This document shows, piece after piece, positions 8,624 through 18,232 of a stretch of 34,280 nt of DNA (positions are counted from its first letter, which is position 1; every line of letters begins with the position of its first letter). The stretch covers positions 148,381 through 182,660 of IMG/VR virus record IMGVR_UViG_3300020577_013140. The stretch is one strand, 5' to 3'. This DNA is from a virus. Taxonomy: Duplodnaviria; Heunggongvirae; Uroviricota; Caudoviricetes. The notes under the pieces were generated by a model, which searched no databases, was not told the origin of the DNA, and saw only the letters and a list, made by a program, of their open reading frames with translations. A program made the translations under genes and the position numbers.

Positions 8624-10119
8624 TATTCCTCACCTCGATTGGTCGGAGAATACTTCTTCCAATCTATTTGCGCCGGAGATTCCACCTCGTGGATCGCCCA
8701 GCCCTGTTTGCGATAAATCTCCATGCGCTTCCGTGACATACCTTCAAGGGAAGGGTCATGGAGGTCCAGGAAGTCTATTAGTACCAAATGCGTCTTCGGT
8801 GGAGCGCCGAGTGTGCGCTGCTGCGTTTCTGACAGTGTTCTGGAGCCGCGCAGTGCCTCCTGCAATAACTCGACTTCGCTGGATCCACCACTTGCCTGGA
8901 TAATTACCCGGCAATTTGGGATATCCACACCAGCTCGAAAAGCATCAGTTGCCATCAGGAACTGAAACTCGTTGGCCTGATAGGCGGCGATCGTATCCCG
9001 CTGTTTCTTAGGAGACAGAGCATATTCTCCCAGAGTCTTGGTAGCCTCACGGTGGATGAACCGGGTGCCCGCTGGCAGCTCTTTGTGTAGCGCCCTTAAA
9101 TGGTCGGATATGTGATCCACAAAGATCAAGGTCTGCCAATTGTCTGGCACAGCGCGACAAACCTGGCCGATCAGCTCATTGCGAGGCCTGCACTGTTTGA
9201 TCCCTTGTCTCAGTTTTCCTTCCATCGTGCCGGCCGAAATCATGATATCGGTCGGAGTCTTGATAAACCAAACGCTCACCGGCACAACAGCATTTGACTC
9301 TTCGGCTTCCTTGTAGGGGATGTAAATGAGCCGTTCACCGAAAAGGCCCTTGAGAAGCTTCTCGGCCTTGTTGAACATTCCCTTGTCAGTGGCAGTGTAC
9401 CCGAATACACGAATGGGGTGCATCGAACAGAGAGTTGCGCTGATTTCCTCACCGGCCGTACTCTGCAACTCATCGATAAGCAAGAGCTGGCATTTTTCAA
9501 TGGCGCAGCTTCGTAAGGACTTGAAGGTAGTGATTGTGATGTCTGGGGATATGTCATGAAAACCTCCTCCAACACGACCGATGTGTTTACCAGGAAACAT
9601 CCGGCGAAACTTTTCGAAAGTCTGTGTGAAGACCTCCTTGAGAGGAATCGCGAGGATGGTGTTAAGACTGTTGAACGCAGCGTAAGTTACGCCCTGTACG
9701 ATCGTTTTACCAAACCCACCTGCCGCATTAACGATCCCGGAGGAGCTTTGTGCTTTGGTCAAAAACTCCGCAATAGGATCGAACTGATAAGCCCGCAGCC
9801 CCGTGGAGCCAATGCCGGCCCAATTGATGTCCCGAATAGCCTCCCATGCGACCGGAGGCAAAGCAGTCCGTTGATCGACCACCCGAACCGTATCATGGTT
9901 CGAGTGGCACAGCTCGAGTATTTTATCAAAGAACCCCGGGAAGGTGATCAACGAACCATCAGGTTGAATCTGATGCAACAACCTCTGCTCGAAGTCGTTT
10001 ACTCTTCGATAGTTTACCAGTTTGAACCCTCGGTGATAGTACTGGAGGTACTCCACCAGATAGGGCGGGCTGGGAACAACCGACAAAGCGCCGTCAACTC
10101 TGGTGATTGTGATCTCCAT
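8623..10119 (-). CDS. Superfamily 2 (DExD/H-like) helicase
   Basis: Q-motif-like LRAYQ, AAGGFGKT, LIDELQ, TAT, AGVDIP, motif VI-like QEALRGSR. Confidence 0.88.
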   Translation of the reverse strand: MEITITRVDGALSVVPSPPYLVEYLQYYHRGFKLVNYRRVNDFEQRLLHQIQPDGSLITFPGFFDKILELCHSNHDTVRVVDQRTALPPVAWEAIRDINWAGIGSTGLRAYQFDPIAEFLTKAQSSSGIVNAAGGFGKTIVQGVTYAAFNSLNTILAIPLKEVFTQTFEKFRRMFPGKHIGRVGGGFHDISPDITITTFKSLRSCAIEKCQLLLIDELQSTAGEEISATLCSMHPIRVFGYTATDKGMFNKAEKLLKGLFGERLIYIPYKEAEESNAVVPVSVWFIKTPTDIMISAGTMEGKLRQGIKQCRPRNELIGQVCRAVPDNWQTLIFVDHISDHLRALHKELPAGTRFIHREATKTLGEYALSPKKQRDTIAAYQANEFQFLMATDAFRAGVDIPNCRVIIQASGGSSEVELLQEALRGSRTLSETQQRTLGAPPKTHLVLIDFLDLHDPSLEGMSRKRMEIYRKQGWAIHEVESPAQIDWKKYSPTNRGEE

Positions 10120-10122
10120 ATA

Positions 10123-10317
10123 TTAAGTCGGTGGTACCTCAGTAACCTGCGTTGCCGCAGGCGGAGGGTCAATCGGGGTAGTAGGAATAGGACCCGGGCG
10201 AGCGAACAATGCCTTTACATGCAGTGCCAGGTCGTTGACCCGGTTCCTAAAACTTGCATGAGTAAAATACAATGCCAACAAGGCGCCTGAACCAATTAAA
10301 CAAAGTGCACCAATCAT
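10123..10317 (-). CDS. Small membrane-anchored protein with Pro-rich tail
   Basis: 64 aa; hydrophobic N-terminus MIGALCLIGSGALLALYF; fills the gap between the Rad50-like and helicase genes exactly. Confidence 0.6.
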   Translation of the reverse strand: MIGALCLIGSGALLALYFTHASFRNRVNDLALHVKALFARPGPIPTTPIDPPPAATQVTEVPPT

Positions 10318-10320
10318 ATG

Positions 10321-12378
10321 CTATAGTCGGATGACATGATCCACAGCCTCTGTAAGCAGAGAGCTATGGTCAATGATAATTAACTGCTGGATGATCTTGT
10401 CCGCCTTCAGATCTTTCACGCATTGGAAATACAACTTCTTGTTCTCTTCATCCAAATGCGTTGTGCCTTCATCGATGATCAACATCGGGAAGGCCTGGCT
10501 AAACATGGAGTGCAGCGCAAGGCGAAGGCACAACCCCACGACCATTTCCTGGCCGCCAGATAACCGCGGTACCACGTGTCCATCGCGTGTAACGACGATC
10601 CTGAAGTCTTCGTTGATATTTGCGCGATACGGCAGGTCGAACCTCTGGAGTTGCTGCTGGAGTTCCTCTTCTACAACGGTCCCGTAGGTTTGTACAAGAC
10701 GACGAGGAAACTGAGAGGTATGCAGCACGTCATACGCCATGCGCAATTTATTGCTATACTCCGTCCTCGCCAAGTTCTTCTCGTGGTTTGCCAGTGAAGC
10801 TACACGTCTTTGCTCAAGGATGGTCACCTCAGTGCGGACCTGGGCGACTTCCTTTTCCAACGCGCTGATCTCCTGCATTCTCAACCGGTGACGTTGCAAC
10901 ACCTCATTCATCAAGGTTAACTCTTCAGCCGGAGTGGCGTTGCCTGTATATTCCACCAAGTGCTTTAATTGCTCCTCAAGGACACGAACAGATGCTTCAG
11001 TCTGAATGCGGGCGTTGTCCAGCTGCCTCATTGTGGTAAGGGTGGTCTGTACGTGCTGTCGCAAGGTCATAACAGCCATTAGTCTGGCCTCGTCATACTC
11101 CACATAAGAACCGGTTGCCTGGGCGTTCAATGCCTGTACCTGGGCGTTCAATGCATGCCACTGGGACAGCACGGCCTTGCGCGATTGCAAGATTTCCCTT
11201 TGTGCCTCCAGTTGACTTTGAGCATAAGCACCATCGCTAGTCAGGGAGAGGAGGCGACTCTGGGCATCGGCCAAATGTTGAGCTACGTCGGTTAGCGGCT
11301 GGTGACAGGTCGGACAAGTCGCGGCACCACTAAGGTTTTGAAGCCCGTGTATTTCCTGTCGTACTTTCTGAACTTCCAGTTGGTTGGACATAACTGCCGA
11401 GCGATGCGTGTCACACCGTTGTTGCAGCTCATCAATTTCAGCTTGAAGAGCGACAGGATCGACCTTGAGACTCTGCATTGTCTCACAAGCGGAAGCCAAT
11501 GCACTCTTGGCTTGGAGGTGCTGCCTATACTGCTCTTTCTTAGTTACAAGCTCTGCGTACTGACTTTCAAGGTCTTCGGGTATTGTGCGCAGTTGTTCAC
11601 CCAATGCAGTGAACTGACTGACGAAACTTTCCACATTGGCTTTAGCCTCTGCCAACTGAGCTTCGAGAATCGGACGCTTGCGCGCGTCCTGGATACACCT
11701 GTTGTAATGGTCAGTATATCCAAGCACAGCCATCATCTGCTGCTCACTGAGAACGGAGGTTGACATGAGCAGGAGCTTTTCTTCCTTGGGGGTCAGCTCC
11801 GTACGCAACCTGGCAAGCTGTAAGTCAATAGCGTGTACGTCGTCTTCAGGCAACGGAGGAGGACAAGTCTTGATGTACCCGTCCCAGATCAAGCTGCGTA
11901 ACTTCTCGGTATTTGGCACCATGAAGATACGCTGGAAGGCCTTTTCCCGGACCGCGGTTTCACCCGAGAACAACTCCGGGATTTTCTTCTGCTTGGCCAT
12001 GATGACGTGCTGGAAGATATGGGAATCCACCTGGATCATTTTTGCCCACATATCCCTCACTTCACTGGCTTTCACCAGCTTCTGCCCGTCGTACTCCAAT
12101 ATCACCCTGGAAGTGTCCAGTGCACGCTCAATGACACCCTCTTTTCCATTCAGGGTGAATTTACCACGCACATAAGCCGTACCGCTCGCTCCAGCTGTGA
12201 TGACCTGTTCCTTCGGGTCGTCAGTTTCGCCAGTGAACAAGAAGCCGATAGCCTCGATGATGGAACTCTTTCCAGTACCATTACGACCAACAATACCTGT
12301 GACGCCCGATGAGAACTTGATCGTCAGATTATCGTGAATACGAAACCGTCTGAGCGTCAGTTCATTTAAGATCATCAT
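10321..12378 (-). CDS. sbcC: SbcC/Rad50-like SMC-family ATPase (recombination nuclease subunit)
   Basis: Walker A GRNGTGKS, long coiled coil, central zinc hook CPTC, signature LSGGQ, Walker B IIDE, H-loop IDH. Confidence 0.92.
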   Translation of the reverse strand: MMILNELTLRRFRIHDNLTIKFSSGVTGIVGRNGTGKSSIIEAIGFLFTGETDDPKEQVITAGASGTAYVRGKFTLNGKEGVIERALDTSRVILEYDGQKLVKASEVRDMWAKMIQVDSHIFQHVIMAKQKKIPELFSGETAVREKAFQRIFMVPNTEKLRSLIWDGYIKTCPPPLPEDDVHAIDLQLARLRTELTPKEEKLLLMSTSVLSEQQMMAVLGYTDHYNRCIQDARKRPILEAQLAEAKANVESFVSQFTALGEQLRTIPEDLESQYAELVTKKEQYRQHLQAKSALASACETMQSLKVDPVALQAEIDELQQRCDTHRSAVMSNQLEVQKVRQEIHGLQNLSGAATCPTCHQPLTDVAQHLADAQSRLLSLTSDGAYAQSQLEAQREILQSRKAVLSQWHALNAQVQALNAQATGSYVEYDEARLMAVMTLRQHVQTTLTTMRQLDNARIQTEASVRVLEEQLKHLVEYTGNATPAEELTLMNEVLQRHRLRMQEISALEKEVAQVRTEVTILEQRRVASLANHEKNLARTEYSNKLRMAYDVLHTSQFPRRLVQTYGTVVEEELQQQLQRFDLPYRANINEDFRIVVTRDGHVVPRLSGGQEMVVGLCLRLALHSMFSQAFPMLIIDEGTTHLDEENKKLYFQCVKDLKADKIIQQLIIIDHSSLLTEAVDHVIRL

Positions 12379-12411
12379 AGCTAAAAAGAAACGAACGGAG
12401 TTATGGGTGAA

Positions 12412-12440
12412 GCGAGGGCCGGCTCATCGCCGACCCTCGC
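12412..12440 (-). terminator. GC-rich intergenic stem-loop (possible attenuator or processing site)
   Basis: Minus strand GCGAGGGTCGGC-GATGA-GCCGGCCCTCGC, a 12-bp stem with one G-U pair; no immediate U-tract. Confidence 0.45.
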
Positions 12441-12453
12441 GGTAAAAGTCAAC

Positions 12454-12870
12454 TCACGCGGGCGTCTTGCCACAGCGTGCTTCAAGACTGTCGAGTGCCG
12501 ACAGCTTGGTCTTTTCCGCCCTGGCCCAGTCGATCTCGTGGAACCGATTACCGCGCCTGGTGTACAGGCCGATCGTTGCAGCCAGAAGACAGGTGTCCAT
12601 CGCCTTGAACTGGTCAACAGGGACTTCGGCGGAAGTACTGTCGTTTGACAAACGGCCGTGAGCCTTCGCGACACCGGTCTTCTTCAGGAACACGTCCTTC
12701 TTACTGACCAGGGAGCCCGAGAATCGGATCGTTCCTTTCGGAGTAAAGGTCATGGCGAGAACACCAACCGGGTGGCCACGGTGGTCAGGGGGAACAGGCG
12801 TACCATCCTTGCCGACCAAACCGGCCGTGGAAGTACGAAGATAGAAGTGCTGCACAATAGAGGGAGTCAT
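12454..12870 (-). CDS. Hypothetical protein
   Basis: 138 aa ORF, ATGA-coupled to the upstream ORF. Confidence 0.7.
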   Translation of the reverse strand: MTPSIVQHFYLRTSTAGLVGKDGTPVPPDHRGHPVGVLAMTFTPKGTIRFSGSLVSKKDVFLKKTGVAKAHGRLSNDSTSAEVPVDQFKAMDTCLLAATIGLYTRRGNRFHEIDWARAEKTKLSALDSLEARCGKTPA

Positions 12871-13058
12871 TTAATTGGTTGATTGATTGATTTTGTTGGT
12901 GGAATTACCAGGTGCGACAACGACATTGCCGAAGGATAATCGACCACAGCGATTACCCATACACCTGCTATGATAAGCTTTTGGATGAAATGCGACTCTA
13001 GCTGCGCTCGCGGCCAAATCGGTTCTCCATCGTCAAACCATGTCATTAGTCGGCTCAT
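12867..13058 (-). CDS. Small hypothetical protein
   Basis: 63 aa; 4-nt overlaps with both neighbours. Confidence 0.55.
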   Translation of the reverse strand: MSRLMTWFDDGEPIWPRAQLESHFIQKLIIAGVWVIAVVDYPSAMSLSHLVIPPTKSINQPIK

Positions 13059-14155
13059 ACAAGGTATTTTCCTTTGAAGCCGTCCAGCACCAGCCGGGGG
13101 TCTTCAGTGTCTAGAGCCGAAGTTAATAGTAACCGTACTTCTTCGTCAGGCACCATGTCTTTCAAAACAGCGCCTATCCGAACTTGATTATTCAACTCAT
13201 TACGAATGCTGACTCCCTTGACGACCTCGCCAGAAGAATCTTTCGCACGTATTTGAGTTGTCCTTACGATACCAAGCTGGTACAGCTCGCGAGCTTCAAC
13301 CAACCGGTCTCTCGTAGAGGATGAGTATTCAATCAAAAACACAGGGCGACGCCCTCGGTGTTTCTTGTACTTGTCGATGTAATAGCCGACCTCCAGCCCT
13401 TTCGTGGCCGAAGTCGTCAGGTCCAGCTTGATAAAATCCCGTCCTAATGGATACGGGATACGACTCAAGACGTGGCCGTTGAAATGCAGCATTCCAGTGT
13501 GCACACCAATGTCAGAAGACGAGGTGACACCCAAACTGCCACAATACCCTATGAAGGCTTCACGCCCGTCTGCCTTGATGCTGCCTTCATAGGGTTTATG
13601 AATATCTCCGAGGAGGACGCCGCGGAGACGAGGGTACAATTCGAACAACCGCAACGTGCTTAAGTCCAGCTTCTTACGCTCTTCGCAGAATGGCCACAGA
13701 GCAGGCACCTGCCCATGCAGCACAATCCATTCGGCGGTACTCCGATTTACCGCTGTTTGGAGATGTGCCATTACTTCTGCCGGATTGTCCGAGTAATCAC
13801 AACCAACGAACTGCGGGGCAGTCTCGACAGGAACCACTCCGCTGATTTTAGTCCACGACTCAGTATTTACCGGTTTATCGTGATCCCCGGCGATACCAAT
13901 TACGCGTACGCCAGCCAACCTCGCATTTTCGATTTCATTCCTTACGAAATGGATCAAGTCAGGAGTAGGCTTGTTTGTGTCGAATAGGTCACCTGCGATG
14001 ACCAGATAATCAACATGTAACGCAGCAGCCGTACGACAAGCTTCTGCAAACAAGCGCCGAAGATCAGCGCCGAGCTCTTGCTGGTTGTACAGGTTTAACC
14101 CGATATGAACATCGGAGATTGCAAGGAATGAAGACGACTCAAGCATATGCAGCAA
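13055..14155 (-). CDS. sbcD: SbcD/Mre11-like metallophosphoesterase nuclease
   Basis: SDVHIG, AGDLFD, GDHD, LHG, LGDIH, YCGS; close to the Rad50-like gene. Confidence 0.9.
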   Translation of the reverse strand: MLHMLESSSFLAISDVHIGLNLYNQQELGADLRRLFAEACRTAAALHVDYLVIAGDLFDTNKPTPDLIHFVRNEIENARLAGVRVIGIAGDHDKPVNTESWTKISGVVPVETAPQFVGCDYSDNPAEVMAHLQTAVNRSTAEWIVLHGQVPALWPFCEERKKLDLSTLRLFELYPRLRGVLLGDIHKPYEGSIKADGREAFIGYCGSLGVTSSSDIGVHTGMLHFNGHVLSRIPYPLGRDFIKLDLTTSATKGLEVGYYIDKYKKHRGRRPVFLIEYSSSTRDRLVEARELYQLGIVRTTQIRAKDSSGEVVKGVSIRNELNNQVRIGAVLKDMVPDEEVRLLLTSALDTEDPRLVLDGFKGKYLV

Positions 14156-14393
14156 GGTTGGATTCTATCGCCTTGACTTCCAATTGCAAGGCTCTTTCGC
14201 GGGTGGGTTCTCGTGCGAGGATTTCTCCGGTTTGCCGACTTTTTGCCTCCCAGGCCCCATCCTGCCACTCAACGTCGCTGGCACGGTCGATTGTTTTTTC
14301 ACCAAGCCGGTCAGCCACTGGCAGCAATGCATCGGAATACACTGCTACCATCCTGCCTTCCGGCGTCAGCAGGATTTTCATGGGCTTTTTCAT
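14139..14393 (-). CDS. Small protein of the Ycf46-module type (RASxVE...W...R..AL..E motif)
   Basis: 84 aa. ILLTPEGRMVAVYSD...RASDVEW...TRERALQLE resembles, from recollection only, small proteins next to DUF2997/DUF1257 genes in Planctomycetota. Confidence 0.65.
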   Translation of the reverse strand: MKKPMKILLTPEGRMVAVYSDALLPVADRLGEKTIDRASDVEWQDGAWEAKSRQTGEILAREPTRERALQLEVKAIESNLAAYA

Positions 14394-14587
14394 CCCAACC
14401 CTTGTTGCGCCGTCTGGGTCTCAGGATCGGCGAAGAAGTTTGGCGTCGAGGCCCTGGACGACTCGTCTACCGTTCCGAGGCGCCCTTCAAGCCTTGCGGT
14501 GGCAGCGACACAAGTGCTGCCGTATCCTTCGGCGTCAAGAATCGTAGTGGCGCCGTGTTTGTCGATTTTGAATCGGATGCGTTTCAT
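14390..14587 (-). CDS. DUF2997-like small protein
   Basis: 65 aa: IRFKIDKHG...EGYGSTCVAATARLEGRLG...TPNFF, matching the DUF2997 pattern (G..C...T..LE..LG...T.EF); gene context supports it. Confidence 0.72.
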   Translation of the reverse strand: MKRIRFKIDKHGATTILDAEGYGSTCVAATARLEGRLGTVDESSRASTPNFFADPETQTAQQGLG

Positions 14588-14853
14588 AGATAGCTGATGG
14601 AGGCCGGGATAACCCGCTTTTTCTGGTCGAGGCGGAATCGAATATGTACCGTGTGCTTCTTCGGGCTTCCGGCAATGTGCTCCACCTCAATGGTCACCTT
14701 GGCACAGAAGAATGCCGAATCCGCTTTATCGGCACGTACCGTCTTTGCGTCCACCGTCACGAACTTCGGTGGGGGATCCTCAGCAAAGTAGTGACGCTGA
14801 AGCGCCTGGATAATGTCCGTGGTCAGTTCTCTAGCCAATGGTTTGTTGTTCAT
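14584..14853 (-). CDS. Hypothetical protein
   Basis: About 89 aa from ATG 14853 (MNNKPLARE...), 7 nt after the upstream stop. Confidence 0.6.
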   Translation of the reverse strand: MNNKPLARELTTDIIQALQRHYFAEDPPPKFVTVDAKTVRADKADSAFFCAKVTIEVEHIAGSPKKHTVHIRFRLDQKKRVIPASISYL

Positions 14854-14860
14854 GTGCCTG

Positions 14861-15250
14861 TTAGTTCCACTCGGCGACTTCGACGATAATATTTCCTTGT
14901 TCGTCCCTCTGCCGAGTAATACTGGCGTTAGGGAACTCGTCCTCAATGACAGCGTTGGCGAACTCTTGTTTCAACTTGTAAAACCCTTCGCCAAGCGTTT
15001 TTCCAACCGACCCTCCGTAGAAGTCGGTGTAAAACCCGAGCACTCCACCTTCTGGCTTGATCCCCACGTCATAACCTGACCCCGTCTTATCCGGGTTTAC
15101 CGCCACGTAAGGGTAGCCCATTGAGGTCCCGCCGTATTGACGGGCCTGGCCGTTTTGAACGAGCGTCCAACCAAGGGCCTCCAGGGACCTGGTCAATTGC
15201 GGTAGCTCGGTGACCTTGAACTGCACTGCGACTTTGACTGTATGTGACAT
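14861..15250 (-). CDS. ycf35: DUF1257 / Ycf35-like protein
   Basis: MSH start, L..SLEALGW, YDVG...DFY, LKQEFA, QGNIIVEVAEW; typical Ycf35 size and context. Confidence 0.75.
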   Translation of the reverse strand: MSHTVKVAVQFKVTELPQLTRSLEALGWTLVQNGQARQYGGTSMGYPYVAVNPDKTGSGYDVGIKPEGGVLGFYTDFYGGSVGKTLGEGFYKLKQEFANAVIEDEFPNASITRQRDEQGNIIVEVAEWN

Positions 15251-15651
15251 TAACGTACTCCGTATTGAAGCAGGAATTGATAGACTTCTTTTGTCATCTC
15301 ACGTCCTGCAGGTTGCATTCTGATGTCCTCGATTGGGCCGTAGTCCACTACGTCCTCCTCCGGTGTCGGGCGAAGTTTGCTTTCCAAATAGTGGATCAAA
15401 TCCGCCCTTTTCAAGTGTGTCTTCTCCGGCGAGTCATCCGCGGTTTCTGGGCTGACAATATTTTCCTCAGCTACCGGTACAATTTTCTTCGTTAAGAACA
15501 CCAGCTCGTCTGGCGTGGATTCCTCGGCTACATATATGCCGGAGGCCAACTCAATCCAAACCACCGGGGTGGGATGTTTGAGGTTTGTGAACTTGATCCA
15601 CACCGTATCGAACTTGTATTCGTGAATATCGTCCAATGGACTGTTGCTCAT
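15250..15651 (-). CDS. Acidic hypothetical protein
   Basis: 133 aa, D/E-rich, coupled to neighbours on both sides. Confidence 0.65.
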   Translation of the reverse strand: MSNSPLDDIHEYKFDTVWIKFTNLKHPTPVVWIELASGIYVAEESTPDELVFLTKKIVPVAEENIVSPETADDSPEKTHLKRADLIHYLESKLRPTPEEDVVDYGPIEDIRMQPAGREMTKEVYQFLLQYGVR

Positions 15652-16634
15652 ACCTCGATACGTCGAACGTACTCGCCGGTCAACGCGTCAAGGTCGGAAG
15701 TGTCTTTAGCGACTTGCAGTACCTCACCAACTGCAGCACCGAGGGCCGCAATTGCGTCATAGTCAGTCTTGAGGTCCCGGCCAGAGCCGATAATTCCTCG
15801 GACTGCAGCGAGCTTTTCACGAACAACCTTGTCGTCAAGGAAGTCGAGACCTTCAAAAGCCTCGATAATCCCAGCCATGGTTTTCAGGTTGGTCGTTGAT
15901 ACTACCTCCCGATCCTTGATCTTGCGTGCAATGGTTTCAAACACCTCCACAATACGCTCACGCATGGAGGTGACAGCGTCCTTCAAGAAGCTGTCCACTT
16001 GCTGCATGCTTTGTGCATATTGTCGTTGCCACTCTGCCTCGAATTTACGCTGCATGTCCTCTCGAGCGGTGGCTTCGGCCTGTACAGAGGCCAGGTCAAT
16101 TTCCCGCATTTGTCTTGGGAATGCGACCTCGAACATACCGATATGAAACCCGAACTTGGTGCGAACGTGTTCGCGGCTCGGGTAATAGGGCAGCAATAAC
16201 GCCCGGTGATCCGGGTATTTTGCCAGCATGGCTTCCTTGTGCACCTCGTATTCGCGGAGAAACGTCTCGACGAGCGCGAGGTACTTTGTGCGGAAGTCGT
16301 GAAGCTTCTCGATCACCGTCGTCAAAGTACGGTGTGGCACAAAATGCGCTTGTGCGATCGGGAATGGATGAGCGTGCGCACGGAGATATGCCCGTGCAGC
16401 GTTCTCAAGCGCTGCGAACTTGCGCAGCTGCTCTTCACCGACCAGCATCTTGTTGCCGAGCTTCACGAACTCCGGCAACACGGCGTTTGCAACTAAAGGC
16501 AGATCCTCGCGGTTCAACCTGGTCGCCATCGACCATTTTGATACGTGAAGCTGCACCAATTTTCCATCACGGAACAAGCGTTGAAAACGCTCGTTGAGCG
16601 CGTTCGGAGCTTGCGGTTGTGGGGCTTGACTCAT
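15648..16634 (-). CDS. DUF3150-like alpha-helical protein
   Basis: 328 aa. LVQLHVSKW...L...DL...KLGNKMLV...AHFVP...YPS...KF followed by a long helical region; directly downstream of the AAA+ gene. Confidence 0.6.
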   Translation of the reverse strand: MSQAPQPQAPNALNERFQRLFRDGKLVQLHVSKWSMATRLNREDLPLVANAVLPEFVKLGNKMLVGEEQLRKFAALENAARAYLRAHAHPFPIAQAHFVPHRTLTTVIEKLHDFRTKYLALVETFLREYEVHKEAMLAKYPDHRALLLPYYPSREHVRTKFGFHIGMFEVAFPRQMREIDLASVQAEATAREDMQRKFEAEWQRQYAQSMQQVDSFLKDAVTSMRERIVEVFETIARKIKDREVVSTTNLKTMAGIIEAFEGLDFLDDKVVREKLAAVRGIIGSGRDLKTDYDAIAALGAAVGEVLQVAKDTSDLDALTGEYVRRIEV

Positions 16635-18226
16635 ATGGCAATACTCCGCAGTTCTTCTTTTACGTCGACCACCGTTCCATCGTTACCGGCCATACGCAGC
16701 TTACCTTCAGCCTCGGCGCGCATCCGGACGATATCTGCCTCGTTCGTCTTCGATTGCGGGGTGGTTCCCTGAATTTCCTGGATCAAGTCTGCGTCAGAGA
16801 ACTCGCGTTGACCGTCAGAGAAACACTTGAACATCACGCTGACGATCACTTGTTCAATCTCTGCGCCGGTGAACCCTCGGGACTCCTTCGCCAGGTGTTT
16901 CAAATTGAACTTGCCTGGTTCCCTGCCGTAGCGCTTCAGCAATACGCGGAAGATCGAAGCTCGGTCAGCCTCAGAAGGCAGGTCCAGCCAGAACAACTCG
17001 TCAAACCGTCCCTTACGAATCATCTCCGGGGGAAGGATCGTAAAGTTGTTTGAAGTGCCGATCACAAAGACCGGAGTCTTGTGCTCAGAAAGCCACGTCA
17101 ACAGAGTACCAAAACTTCTGGATGACGTGCCGGTATCGCCCTGGCCTGATACGGCGGAGCGATTCAACGATTTCTCGATCTCGTCGATATAGAGGATACA
17201 GCTGCCGATACCATCCACAGCCTGAATGACGCGCCGGAAGTTCTGTTCGGTTTCGCCAACCAACTTACCGAACAATGAACCGATGTCCAGTTGGAAGGCA
17301 GGTAGTCCGAGTTCCGCCGACGTCGCCTTGGCGAGTAGCGTTTTACCAGATCCCGGGACGCCGCACAGCAGCACACCCCTTGGGTAAGGTAGCCCGTATT
17401 TCCGTGCAGCCGGAAGATACGCCTGTCCACGCTGACGGATCCAGGCTTTCAACCCTTCCAGCCCGCCGACCTCATCAAACGTCACATCAGGCTCCAGGTA
17501 AGTAAGCAGCCCGGACTTCTTCAGGTGCGCAACCTTTTCGGTAAACACAGAATCGACAAAGGTCCGATCGAACTTCTTGCTACCCACGATGGCAAGAGTG
17601 TACGCGTTTTCAGCCTCGCTGTCCGTTAATCCCTTCGCCGCCTCAATGGCCTTGGCCATGATTTCCGGGGAAATGGAAAAGTCGTGGTGTGACCCGGCTG
17701 CCTTGGTGGCCTCGACCCCGCGCTGTACGAAAAGAAGTCGGTCTCGCAACCCTTCGTCACCCGGCAGGGCGAAGTCGAGCACCTGGACGTCCTTGATGAG
17801 CTCCTCAGGTATCGCATAAAGAGGAGTGACGAATAACACGGTTGTACCTTTACTCTTCAACCGTCCGATCACATTTCGAAACGCACGGCGCACCGAAGGG
17901 TCCTGGAAGTACGGATGAAAATCCTTGAGAATGAAAAGCTGCCGGTCAGCCGAATTCTTCTCGATGTACTCCAGCAACTTCTTCACTACTGCCGTATCGT
18001 TAATCGCTGTGCGTGATTTGTTCAACTCCATCTTGGTGAGTCCGCGAATGGCGTCCCATTCGAGGATAGTCCGGGCACGCCGGCCACTCTCAGGAGGAGG
18101 GTTAAGAACCCAGTCCGAGATCTCACTGATTACACGGCCTTCCTCGTGAGTCTGAACCCACAACAACGGATAACTCGAATTGAGATAGGCTTCGAGCCGG
18201 CCCTGGAATGACACCCTGGAACTCAT
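16631..18226 (-). CDS. ycf46: Ycf46-family AAA+ ATPase
   Basis: N-terminal YPLLWVQTHEEGR and LKDFH (degenerate first AAA module), VGGLEGLKAW, GVPGSGKT, YIDEIEK, TSN, PPEMIRKGRFDELFWLDLP, GFTGAEIEQ. Confidence 0.92.
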   Translation of the reverse strand: MSSRVSFQGRLEAYLNSSYPLLWVQTHEEGRVISEISDWVLNPPPESGRRARTILEWDAIRGLTKMELNKSRTAINDTAVVKKLLEYIEKNSADRQLFILKDFHPYFQDPSVRRAFRNVIGRLKSKGTTVLFVTPLYAIPEELIKDVQVLDFALPGDEGLRDRLLFVQRGVEATKAAGSHHDFSISPEIMAKAIEAAKGLTDSEAENAYTLAIVGSKKFDRTFVDSVFTEKVAHLKKSGLLTYLEPDVTFDEVGGLEGLKAWIRQRGQAYLPAARKYGLPYPRGVLLCGVPGSGKTLLAKATSAELGLPAFQLDIGSLFGKLVGETEQNFRRVIQAVDGIGSCILYIDEIEKSLNRSAVSGQGDTGTSSRSFGTLLTWLSEHKTPVFVIGTSNNFTILPPEMIRKGRFDELFWLDLPSEADRASIFRVLLKRYGREPGKFNLKHLAKESRGFTGAEIEQVIVSVMFKCFSDGQREFSDADLIQEIQGTTPQSKTNEADIVRMRAEAEGKLRMAGNDGTVVDVKEELRSIAI

Positions 18227-18232
18227 TGTAGC

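Noticed and set aside
11118-11154. 16-nt direct repeat CCTGGGCGTTCAATGC twice with a 21-nt period
   Set aside because: In-frame heptad duplication (ALNAQVQ-ALNAQA) in the Rad50 coiled coil; only two copies, so not a CRISPR array or att site.
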